A DNA stretch of 64,000 nucleotides, from the NCBI GenBank assembly GCA_046331705.1, contig JAXLQJ010000041.1, positions 1 through 64,000 of the forward strand, given 5' to 3'. The notes under the pieces are model-generated. The model worked only from the letters and a program-made list of their open reading frames with translations. It had not been told where the DNA came from and did not search any database. Numbering within the stretch: the stretch's first letter is position 1; every line of letters starts with the position of its first letter. Positions 55,831 through 64,000 of the stretch are shown here, one piece after another. The translations under genes and the position numbers were made by a program. The DNA comes from a bacterium. GTDB lineage: Bacteria; JADJOY01.

Positions 55831-58800
55831 GACCGTCCTGTGAGTCTCCCTCGCCCGACGAGCTCTTGCTCGGGCGCCGCTGCTCGCCCGGCAAGCTGTC
55901 GAGGATTCGTTGCGCATCCTCGGCCGCCTGCTCGCCCTCGTCCTTGGCGTCGGGCTTGCGCTCGTTGCCGTGCCCCTGGCCGGCGTTCGCCGACGAATCG
56001 TTGCTCTTCTCGCTCTGGAGCCCTTCCCGGCCCGACTCCTTCTCTCCCTTCGCCGGCGGAACCTTCTCCTGCGGCGCATCGCCGGGGCGCTTCGAGAGCG
56101 CGGCGACGTTCGCTTCGATGTCGCCGACCTCGACCTTGGGCTTCGCCCCTCGCTCGCTCGCGTCGTCCTCGAGCTTGGCGAGCTGCTCGCCCAGCTTGCG
56201 CAGCGACTCGGCGAGCTGCTTACGCTCATCGGCGCTCTGCGACTGCTCGAGCTGACGTCGCACGCGCGCCATCTCGCTGCGAAGCTGCTCGGCGCGCTGT
56301 TGCTCGGGACTCTGTTGCGGCTCGGGTGGCCGGTCGGCCATGGCCTGGAGGGCGGCGAGATCGAGCTTGAGCTTGCCGACCTGGACCTGACCCTGCTGCC
56401 GCTCTGCGGAGCTCGTCGCCTTGCCCACCGCATCCTGCGCCGCCTTGATCTCGAGCTCCTTGAGCTTGATCTGCGCGTCGACGTCGCGCTGCGGAGTGCC
56501 CCCCGCCATCGCCGCCTCGTTCACCTGCATGCGGTCGAGCTCCATCTGCAACTCGAGCGCCTGCTGCGGATCGCCCGCCTGCGCGATCTCCGCCTTCTTG
56601 GCCGCGATCTTGCGCTGCGCCTCCTCACGCGCCGCGGCGAGCTGCTCGGGCGTCATGGCCTCACGCGGCGGGAGCTGCTGCTGGAGCTGGGCGAGCTGAC
56701 CCTCGAGGTCGCGCTGCTCGGCTTCGAGCTTGGCGCGCTCCTCGGCGGAGCGCGCCTGAGCCAGCTTCTTCTGTGTGGCGTCGAGCTTGCGCTCGAGGTC
56801 CTCGGCGCGTTGCAGATCCGCCAGCTCCTTCTGCAGCTCCTCGCGTTCCTTCGGGTCCTTGGTCTTCGCCAGATCTTCCCGCTTCTCGGCGATTCGCTTC
56901 GCGAGCTCCGCGGCATCGGGCCGCGGCTCCGGGACCTGAGGCTTCGCCTCGGCGCCGATCGCGTCCTCGACCTTGACGAGCGTCGCTTCGAGGTCCCGCT
57001 TCTGCGCCTCGAGCTTGCGCCGCTCTTCGGCGGACTTCGCTTGCTCGAGCTTCCGCTCGGTGTCGTCGAGCTTGCGCTCGAGATCCGCCGCCTGCTCGAG
57101 GGCCGCGAGCTCCTGCGCGAGCTGCTCGCGCTGGCGCGGGTCCTTGGCCTTGGCGATCTCCGTGCGCTTCGCCTCGATCCGTCGTGCCAGGTCCGCGGCG
57201 TCCGGTCGCTTCTCGGTACCGGCCTCGTCCTTGTCGGACGCGAGGGATCGTTCGACTCGCGCGAGCTCGGCGGCTAGCTCGCGCTGCTCCGCCTGCAATT
57301 GCTTTCGCTCGTCGGCGGATTTCGCTTGCGTGAGCTTCCGCTCGGTCTCGCCCAGCTTGCGCTCGAGATCCGCGGCCCGCTCGAGATCCGCCAGCTCTTG
57401 CGCCAGCTCCTCGCGCTGGCGCGCGTCCTTCGTCTTCGCCAGGTCGTCGCGCTTCCGTGCGATCCGCTTCGCCAGCTCGGCCGCGTCCGGACGCTTCTCG
57501 GTGCCGGTCTCGTCCTTCTCGGAATCGAGGGATTGCTCGACGCGCGCGAGCTCGGCGCTGAGCTCGCGCTGCTCCGCCTGCAATCGCTCTCGCTCGTCGG
57601 GCGATTTCGCCTGCGCGAGCTTCTTCCCGGTCTCGTCCAGCCTGGCCTTCAGCGCCTCCGCCAACTGTTGTTCGGCCGCTCGGTCCGGATCGGTCGCGAG
57701 CGCGGCTTCCGCCTTGGCCAGCTTCGCTTCCAGGTCGCGCTTCTCCGCGTCGAGCTTGGCGCGCTCTTCCTTGGACTTGGCCTGCTCCATCTTCTGATCG
57801 ACCGCGTCGAGCTTCTTCTCGAGCTCACGGGCAGTCGCCAGGTTGGTCATCTGCTCTTTGCGCACCGCCAGCTCGCGCTTGGCGTCCGCGAGCTGCCGCT
57901 CGAGCGCCTCGCGCTCCTTCGGGTCGGTTGCCTCCTTGGCGAGCTTGGTCTCGAGGGTCGTCACCTCGTCCTCGAGATCGCGGGTGCGGTCCTCGGCGAC
58001 CTTGCGAAACGCGTCCGTCCGCATGCGCTGCTGCTGCTCGCGCCGCGCGGCGGCCTCGCGCTCCTTCTTCTCGATCTCCTTCGCCCGCTCGTCGAGCTTC
58101 GCCAGCCGATCCTGGATCTCCTGCGCCTGACGCTGGATCTCGGTGCGCTCCTTGCGCTCCGCGCGTTGCCTGTCCTCGTCGCGCGGATCGAGCTTCTCGC
58201 GCGCGGCCTCGAGCTTCTCGCGGGCCTTCGCGGTGTCCGCGAGCTTCGTGCGCGCGTCGCGCTCCTCCTCGAGCGCCAGCTTCCGCAGCGGGTCGCTCGC
58301 ACGGGCGATGTCGCGCTCGAGCTCCGTCAGGCGGCGCTCGTTGTTCTTGGCTTGCTCCGCCGTGAGCTGATCGCGCTTCGCGTCGAGCTCGGCTTGCTGC
58401 CGCTCCACGTTGCGCTCGCGCTCCGCCAGCTCTTGCTCGCGCTTGGCGAGCTCGCGCAATTGCTCGCGGAGCTGCTCGCTCTGCTGCTGGTCGCGCTGCT
58501 CGAGCTCGTCGGGACGGGCGCTCTGCTGTTGCCGATCGCGCTCCGCGGCGAGCTGCGCGATCTCGACGCGCATCTCGCCGGCGCGGATTTCCAGGCTGCG
58601 CTTCGCCTCGGGCGAGGGCGCATCGGCGAGCGCCTTCTGCGTGGACTTGAGCTCGATCTCGGCCGCATGGATCCGATCGTTGAGCGACTGCAATCCTTGC
58701 TCGCGCAGATCCGACTCGAGCCGCGTGCGCTCGAGACCGAGGTCGCGGCGCTCACGCTCGCCGAGCTCGGACTTCGCCAGCTTCTGGTCGATCTCCGAGA

Positions 58801-61045
58801 TCCGCTCGCGCAGCTCGCCACGGCGCTCGATCGCCGCCAGCTCGGCCTCGGCGGGGTTGCGCTCGGCCTCGAGCTGCTCCCGCTCCGCGCGCTGGCGCTC
58901 GCTTTCGCGCCGGGTCGCGTGCTCGTCCTCGCGCAGCTTGTCGAGCGCCGTGTCGAGCGCGGCGTCGGTCGCGTCGTGTTCCTTCAGGCGGTCGCGCAAC
59001 GCCGCGTCACGCTGCTCGAGCAGGACGACCGCGTCCTCGATGACGTTGCTCTGCTGCTTGCGGGCATCCTCGGCCTGCTTGCTCTGCTCGAGCGCCACCT
59101 CCTCGAGCGAGCCCGCCAGCTCCTTGGCCTTGTCGGCGCGCTCCTCGAGGTCCTCGTTCTGCTTCTCGATGGCCTCGTGCTTCTCCTCGATCTTCTGGGT
59201 CTTGCGCTCGGTCTGCAGCAGGGCGTCGATGGCTTCGCGCTGCTGCTCGGCGCTCTTGGCGTTCGCCATGTCGCGGATCAGCTCCTCGGCCGCATCCGTG
59301 ACCTTCGCCTCGCGATCGAGGGCGTTCGCCTGACGCGCCAGCGAATCCTCGTGGTCGGTCGCGACGTCGCCCGTGGTCTGCCCGAGCCGCACCAGGCCGG
59401 CGGCGGCGGCGTCCGCCGCCCGCTCCGCCGCCTTCACGCGCTGCTCCAGCTCCGCGCTCTGGTACTCGGCGCCGACCTTTCCGACCTCGGCCTTGAGCTG
59501 GCTGAGCTCGTCCTGCGCGATCGACGCGACCGCGGCGCTGAACGCCTGCGCCGCCTTGTCGATGCTGGGCCGCATCTGCTGATCGATGGCGGCCTGGTGC
59601 TCGGCCACCATCTCGCGCAGCTCGGCGCGCTGCGCGTCGGGATCGGAGGTGCGCCGATCGATCTCGGCGGCTTCCTTGGCGAGCTGCGGGGCGATCGCCG
59701 CCCACCGCTCGGCGCGCTCGGTGGCGAGCGCCTCGGTGTGCTTCTCGAGCTCCGCTTGCGCCCTCCGCAGGATGTCGGACTCGGTCTCGTTCACCTCGCG
59801 TTCGATCGCATCCAGCGCAGCGGCTTCCTCCTTCGAGGTCTTGGCGTTCGCGGGGCGCGCCGTGGAGTCGGCGATGGTGCCAGCGTCGTTGCCGAGCGCC
59901 GCCTGCATCGCGCCCATGAGGCTGGCGCTCAGCTCGTCGCCAGCAGCGTGCACGGCTTCCGTGATCGTGCTCATCGCCTCCGCGTTCGCCTCGCCCGCAT
60001 CGGTCGTGCCGCTGCGGTTACCCGTGCTCGGCGCTCCGCCGCTCTCGCGCAGCTGGGTGGCGAGTTGCTCGGGCGTGATCGAGGGCGGCGCGTCGAGCAG
60101 TGTCTGCAGGATCGTGTCCTGCTCCTTGCTGTCGCCGCCCGCGCCCGACTGGCCCGATGTCGTACGACGTCCGCCATGCGCGCTCTGCGCACCGTCCGTG
60201 TTGGACGACCCCGCCTGCTCGGCGAACGTCTGCTCGATCGCCTGGTTCGCCGCGCTCTTCACGTTGGGAACCATCGATCCGGCGCCCACCTGATCCGCCG
60301 CGGCGGCCAGCGCGCCCGGCGCGCTGCCGCTTCCTCGTCCCGCCCCGGATCCCGATCCCGATTGAGAGGCGTCGTCGAGCGCGTCCTGGGCAGCGCCGAG
60401 GGCCTGATCGAGGGCCGTCGTGACGTTCGGGTCCTTCGCCAGCGAGCTGGTCGCGACGAGCAGCTCGTCGAAGAGGCTCGGCAACGGCAGGCGCTGCCCG
60501 CTCGTCGCCGCCGCGCTCGCAGGGTTCCCGGCGCCAGCACTGACCCCGGCTCCGAACGAATCGCCGGAACTTCGCCCACCGCCGCCACCCTCCTCGCCCG
60601 AGGCGAGCCGGATCATGTACTCGAGGTTGTGCTTGGCCTCGATGTCGTCGGGCACCACCTTGAGCGCGAGCTTGTAGTGGCGGACCGCCTCCTTGAGGTC
60701 GCCGAGGCGGAAGTACGTGTTGCCGAGGTTGTACTGGGCGCGCGCGGTGAGGTCCGGATCCTCGCCCGCGATCGCGCGAGCATAGGACTGCATCGCACGG
60801 TCGTATTGACCGAGCCGGTAGTACACGTTGCCCAGGTTGTAGTGGACGAAGATGTCGGCGGGATCGGTCTTGAGCGCCTCCTCGAGCACCTTGCGGGCTT
60901 CGTCGAAGCGCCCGGCCTGGTACTCGAGGATCGCCTGCTCGACCCGCTCACGGGCCGTGCGGCTCACCTCCAGCGCCCGCGCCACGCTGCTGCTTGCGAC
61001 CAGCGAACCGACCACGAACCACGTCTTCCATGCGTTGCCACGCAT
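55796..61045 (-). CDS. Giant BatC-like protein (signal, TPRs, about 1500-aa helical insert, BatC-type C terminus)
   Basis: HYNLGNVYY/AQYNLGNTYF/DIEAKHNLE TPRs; ends EDAQRILDSL...IDW; lies between batB and batD; GGAGG RBS. Confidence 0.85.
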   Translation of the reverse strand: MRGNAWKTWFVVGSLVASSSVARALEVSRTARERVEQAILEYQAGRFDEARKVLEEALKTDPADIFVHYNLGNVYYRLGQYDRAMQSYARAIAGEDPDLTARAQYNLGNTYFRLGDLKEAVRHYKLALKVVPDDIEAKHNLEYMIRLASGEEGGGGGRSSGDSFGAGVSAGAGNPASAAATSGQRLPLPSLFDELLVATSSLAKDPNVTTALDQALGAAQDALDDASQSGSGSGAGRGSGSAPGALAAAADQVGAGSMVPNVKSAANQAIEQTFAEQAGSSNTDGAQSAHGGRRTTSGQSGAGGDSKEQDTILQTLLDAPPSITPEQLATQLRESGGAPSTGNRSGTTDAGEANAEAMSTITEAVHAAGDELSASLMGAMQAALGNDAGTIADSTARPANAKTSKEEAAALDAIEREVNETESDILRRAQAELEKHTEALATERAERWAAIAPQLAKEAAEIDRRTSDPDAQRAELREMVAEHQAAIDQQMRPSIDKAAQAFSAAVASIAQDELSQLKAEVGKVGAEYQSAELEQRVKAAERAADAAAAGLVRLGQTTGDVATDHEDSLARQANALDREAKVTDAAEELIRDMANAKSAEQQREAIDALLQTERKTQKIEEKHEAIEKQNEDLEERADKAKELAGSLEEVALEQSKQAEDARKQQSNVIEDAVVLLEQRDAALRDRLKEHDATDAALDTALDKLREDEHATRRESERQRAEREQLEAERNPAEAELAAIERRGELRERISEIDQKLAKSELGERERRDLGLERTRLESDLREQGLQSLNDRIHAAEIELKSTQKALADAPSPEAKRSLEIRAGEMRVEIAQLAAERDRQQQSARPDELEQRDQQQSEQLREQLRELAKREQELAERERNVERQQAELDAKRDQLTAEQAKNNERRLTELERDIARASDPLRKLALEEERDARTKLADTAKAREKLEAAREKLDPRDEDRQRAERKERTEIQRQAQEIQDRLAKLDERAKEIEKKEREAAARREQQQRMRTDAFRKVAEDRTRDLEDEVTTLETKLAKEATDPKEREALERQLADAKRELAVRKEQMTNLATARELEKKLDAVDQKMEQAKSKEERAKLDAEKRDLEAKLAKAEAALATDPDRAAEQQLAEALKARLDETGKKLAQAKSPDERERLQAEQRELSAELARVEQSLDSEKDETGTEKRPDAAELAKRIARKRDDLAKTKDARQREELAQELADLERAADLERKLGETERKLTQAKSADERKQLQAEQRELAAELARVERSLASDKDEAGTEKRPDAADLARRIEAKRTEIAKAKDPRQREQLAQELAALEQAADLERKLDDTERKLEQAKSAEERRKLEAQKRDLEATLVKVEDAIGAEAKPQVPEPRPDAAELAKRIAEKREDLAKTKDPKEREELQKELADLQRAEDLERKLDATQKKLAQARSAEERAKLEAEQRDLEGQLAQLQQQLPPREAMTPEQLAAAREEAQRKIAAKKAEIAQAGDPQQALELQMELDRMQVNEAAMAGGTPQRDVDAQIKLKELEIKAAQDAVGKATSSAERQQGQVQVGKLKLDLAALQAMADRPPEPQQSPEQQRAEQLRSEMARVRRQLEQSQSADERKQLAESLRKLGEQLAKLEDDASERGAKPKVEVGDIEANVAALSKRPGDAPQEKVPPAKGEKESGREGLQSEKSNDSSANAGQGHGNERKPDAKDEGEQAAEDAQRILDSLPGEQRRPSKSSSGEGDSQDGHGGDGAVGIDW
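56700..57830 (-). repeat. Intragenic 285-bp (95-aa) tandem repeat, about 3 full copies plus partial copies
   Basis: RPDAAELAKRI/RPDAADLARRI/RPDAAELAKRI occur exactly 285 bp apart (about 57483, 57198, 56913). Confidence 0.88.
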
Positions 61046-62057
61046 GACGCCAACCTCCCAGCGGACTACCCCGCCGTTCGTCGATCAAGGCCTCGACGAT
61101 GAGCAGCAAGAAGACCAACACCACGATGCCCTGGAACCGTTCCTCCCAATGTTGAGCGCGTTTGCCACGCAGCTCCTGGGGAATCGTCTTGTCACGGATC
61201 TCGCGGTAGAGCCCCGCGACGTTGAGCTCGCCGCTGGCGGATCGCACGTACGAGCCGCCGGTGAGCCGCGCCATCTCGCGCAGGGTGGCTTCGTCCAGGG
61301 AGGTCGCCACCAGCTTACCATCCGGGTCCTTCTTGAGATCCACGCCTGCCGCGTCGAGCGGGATCGGCACCGGGCTGCCGCTGCCGAGCCCGATGGCGAA
61401 GATGCGCACACCCGCCTGCGCGGCCTCCTGGGCCGCCGCGATCGGGTCGGAGCCGTGGTCCTCGCCGTCGGTGATGAGCAGGATCGCCTTGGAATCCGGG
61501 CTGGTGCCCTTGAAGAGCCCCAGCGCGGCCTTCACCGCGGTGCCCACGTAGGTGCCGCGAATGGGCACCGAATCCGTGTTGACGAGGGTGAGGAAGAGCT
61601 CGACCGCCCGGTAGTCGAGCGTCATCGGGCACAGCACGAACGGCTGGCCGGCGAACGGCAGCAACGCCACCTGATCGCCATCGAGCAAGCTCACGAGCTC
61701 CTTGAGCTCGAGCTTGGCGCGCTCCAGGCGGTTGGGCGATGCGTCCTGCGCCAGCATGCTCAGCGAGGTGTCGATCGCCACCACCAACTCGATGCCGCGC
61801 CGTTCCAGCGGCTCCCAGGTGTAGCCCCATTGCGGCCGCGCCGCCGCCAGCAGCAGCAGCGCGAACGCGACCGCGACCAGCCCTTCCTTGACCAGCCGAC
61901 GCCGCAAGCTCACCGAGGGCGTCAGCCGCGCCGCCAGCAACGGCGCCAGGAACTCGTGGAGCTTCCGCCGCCGCAACCGGTGCGCCCACCAGAACACGCC
62001 GAGCAGCGCAGGCAGCAGCAGCAACGCCCACAGGTGGTACGGCGCGCCGATCCTCAT
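60948..62057 (-). CDS. batB: BatB-like VWA protein
   Basis: LAAARPQWG, DTSLSMLAQD.SPNRLERAK, PMTLDY, LITDGEDH. Confidence 0.9.
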   Translation of the reverse strand: MRIGAPYHLWALLLLPALLGVFWWAHRLRRRKLHEFLAPLLAARLTPSVSLRRRLVKEGLVAVAFALLLLAAARPQWGYTWEPLERRGIELVVAIDTSLSMLAQDASPNRLERAKLELKELVSLLDGDQVALLPFAGQPFVLCPMTLDYRAVELFLTLVNTDSVPIRGTYVGTAVKAALGLFKGTSPDSKAILLITDGEDHGSDPIAAAQEAAQAGVRIFAIGLGSGSPVPIPLDAAGVDLKKDPDGKLVATSLDEATLREMARLTGGSYVRSASGELNVAGLYREIRDKTIPQELRGKRAQHWEERFQGIVVLVFLLLIVEALIDERRGSPLGGWRHAWQRMEDVVRGRFAGRKQQRGAGAGGEPHGP

Positions 62058-63049
62058 GGCACCTTCAGGAAGCGCGTGCGCGCCAGCACCGCTTCGGCGA
62101 TCAGGAGCAGCGCCGCCACGAACAGCACGTACGGGAAGAGCTCGCGCCAGCTCTGGATGATCTCCTCGCGGCGGTCGCTGCGCTCGAGCTGATCGATCTG
62201 CGCGTAGATGCTCGTCAGCTCGGCGGTATCCGCGGCGCGGAAGTAGCGGCCGCCGGTCTCCTCGGCGATCCGTTTCATACCCGGCTCGTCGAGCTTCACC
62301 TCTTGCTTGATCGTGCGCTGCACGCCGGTGCTGTCGACGAAGGTGAGCGTGGTGTCCTTACCCGTGCCGATGCCGATCGTGTACACCTTGACGCCGAATC
62401 CCTTGGCGGTGGTGATGGCCTGATCGATCGTGATGTTCCCGGCGTTGCTCACGCCGTCGGTGAGCAGGATGACGATCCGCGACTTGGCGTCGGTGTCCTT
62501 GAGACGCTGCACGGCGCGGGCGAGACCGTTGCCGAGGGCCGTGGTGTCGCCGGCCTCGCCGACCTGCACGCGGTCGAGCAGGTCGAGGAGGATGTCGTAG
62601 TTGAGCGTGAGCGGGCATTTGGTGAACGCCGCCTCGCCGAAGATCACGACTCCGATGCGGTCGCCCTTGCGCTTGAGCACGAACTCGCGCACCACGTGCT
62701 TGAGCGCCTCGAGCCGGCTCACGCGCTGCTGATCGAGGAAGAAGTCGAGGCCCCGCATCGAGCCCGAGACGTCCATCGACAGCATGATGTCGATGCCGGA
62801 GGCCTTGAGCGGATCGCGCGCGCCGGGCAGCTGCGGCCGCGACGCGGCCAGCACCAAGAGCGCCAGCACCACCATGCGCAGCCCGCCCAGCCAGCCCAGG
62901 CGCCGCCGCGGGTTGGTGCCGCCCACCGCCTTGAGCCGCTGGATGGTCGAGTAGACCAGCGTGGTGCCGTTGACGCGCTGGATCGGCACCGCGAGCACCA
63001 GCGGCACGAACACCAGCAACACCAGGAACGCCGGGCTCTCGAGCCTCAT
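62054..63049 (-). CDS. batA: BatA-like VWA protein
   Basis: SRPQ, MIDAS DVSGSM, DRIGVVIF, TALGNGL, ILLTDG.SN, TGGRYFRA, IDQLE. Confidence 0.93.
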   Translation of the reverse strand: MRLESPAFLVLLVFVPLVLAVPIQRVNGTTLVYSTIQRLKAVGGTNPRRRLGWLGGLRMVVLALLVLAASRPQLPGARDPLKASGIDIMLSMDVSGSMRGLDFFLDQQRVSRLEALKHVVREFVLKRKGDRIGVVIFGEAAFTKCPLTLNYDILLDLLDRVQVGEAGDTTALGNGLARAVQRLKDTDAKSRIVILLTDGVSNAGNITIDQAITTAKGFGVKVYTIGIGTGKDTTLTFVDSTGVQRTIKQEVKLDEPGMKRIAEETGGRYFRAADTAELTSIYAQIDQLERSDRREEIIQSWRELFPYVLFVAALLLIAEAVLARTRFLKVP

Positions 63050-64000
63050 GCTTCCGGCTCCCCGGGCGCTTCCCCCTCGAGCTCCACCGTGGGCACCACC
63101 GTGCGCGTGAGGTCGATGAAATAACCGATGTCGTGCCACGTGCCGTCGGACTCGGGAGGCGTCGGCTCGTGCGCGGCGAACTTGACCTTGTCGGTGCCGC
63201 CCATGAAGCGGTCGGCGACCTCGTAGGTGTGCTCGCCCAGATGGGGCGCGTCGGCCAGGGTCCGCTCGATCTCCTCGCTGGTGCGCACCAGCGCGCTCCA
63301 CCCGTAGCGGCGCGCGAGGTAGCGCCGGAAGATCAGCGAGAGCTCGACGTAGTGCTCCTGGAAGCGGCGCTCGGCGAGCAGCTTGCGCTCTTCCAGCGCC
63401 TGAAGCTCCTTCAGCGCCAGCTCGTGCGGGAGCAGCGGCCGGTCGAGGACCGGCGCCCGGCGCCGCAGGCGGAAGATCAGGAACGTGAGGAGGGCGGCCA
63501 CGGACACGACCACCGCGATCGCCGCCGGCAGCAGCCAGAGCGGCAGCGGGATGCCGCCCGCCTTGGGCGGCTTGATGTCGACGACGTCGGTGGGCTCCGC
63601 GCCCTCGGGGATGACCGAGGCCGCGACCACCTGGATCGGCTCGGTGCGCAGCCGGCGATTGCGCCCGTCGCGGTCGAGGTACGTGAGCGGCACCGCGGGA
63701 ATGCGGTAGTCGCCGGGCATGAAGGCTTGCAGCAGATACTTGCGGCGGCTGACGATGCGTCCGTCGGTGGTGGGCTGGGCGTCGACGTCGCCACCCGGCA
63801 GCACCTCGAACCGGTTCATGCGCCGGAACGTCGGGAACGCCACCTGGACGCCCACGGCGTGATTCACCGCGACCTCGAGCGTGATCACGTCGCCGACCGT
63901 CACCACGTTGCGGTCGACCCACGCGAAGGGCACCGCATCGGGCGGGGTCTCGCCCTCGGCGACCGGAAGATGCAGCACGTCGGGAGGCTGGTTCGCCGGC
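63046..64000 (-). CDS. bat-operon membrane-anchored protein upstream of batA (5' partial)
   Basis: VTVGDVITL, DIKPP+TM, PHELALKEL, FRRYL..RTSEEI, DKVKFA; frame is open to the window end. Confidence 0.85.
   Translation of the reverse strand, partial: PANQPPDVLHLPVAEGETPPDAVPFAWVDRNVVTVGDVITLEVAVNHAVGVQVAFPTFRRMNRFEVLPGGDVDAQPTTDGRIVSRRKYLLQAFMPGDYRIPAVPLTYLDRDGRNRRLRTEPIQVVAASVIPEGAEPTDVVDIKPPKAGGIPLPLWLLPAAIAVVVSVAALLTFLIFRLRRRAPVLDRPLLPHELALKELQALEERKLLAERRFQEHYVELSLIFRRYLARRYGWSALVRTSEEIERTLADAPHLGEHTYEVADRFMGGTDKVKFAAHEPTPPESDGTWHDIGYFIDLTRTVVPTVELEGEAPGEPEA

Overview
Very GC-rich (roughly 70% by eye), gene-dense bacterial chromosomal window. Gene content is suggestive of a Myxococcota/Binatota/Acidobacteriota-like organism, but this is inference only. 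I saw no rRNA, tRNA, CRISPR array or mobile element. About 44 real CDSs are supported; most other long ORFs in the track are GC shadow frames. Content in order: lipid genes (desaturase, ABC1/UbiB kinase, FabH); a QueT-type ECF transporter operon ending in a GHMP kinase; two paralogous stand-alone type IV pilin-like genes with sigma54-type promoters; many GT-C-like membrane glycosyltransferases plus a polyprenol-phosphate GT2; gshB; a MoxR-DUF58-transglutaminase operon; thrS; two radical SAM enzymes; two secreted clan GH-A hydrolases beside a Wzc-like and a Wzy/O-antigen-ligase-like gene; a DUF4390-NtrY pair; and a bat-type VWA/TPR operon. The most unusual items are a 1749-aa BatC-like protein with a giant helical insert containing a 95-aa tandem repeat, a candidate sigma54-driven structured sRNA (about 12669-12824) divergent from a pilin gene, and a 13-bp motif found exactly three times near pilin and surface-protein gene starts. 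All family calls come from motif recognition, not database searches.
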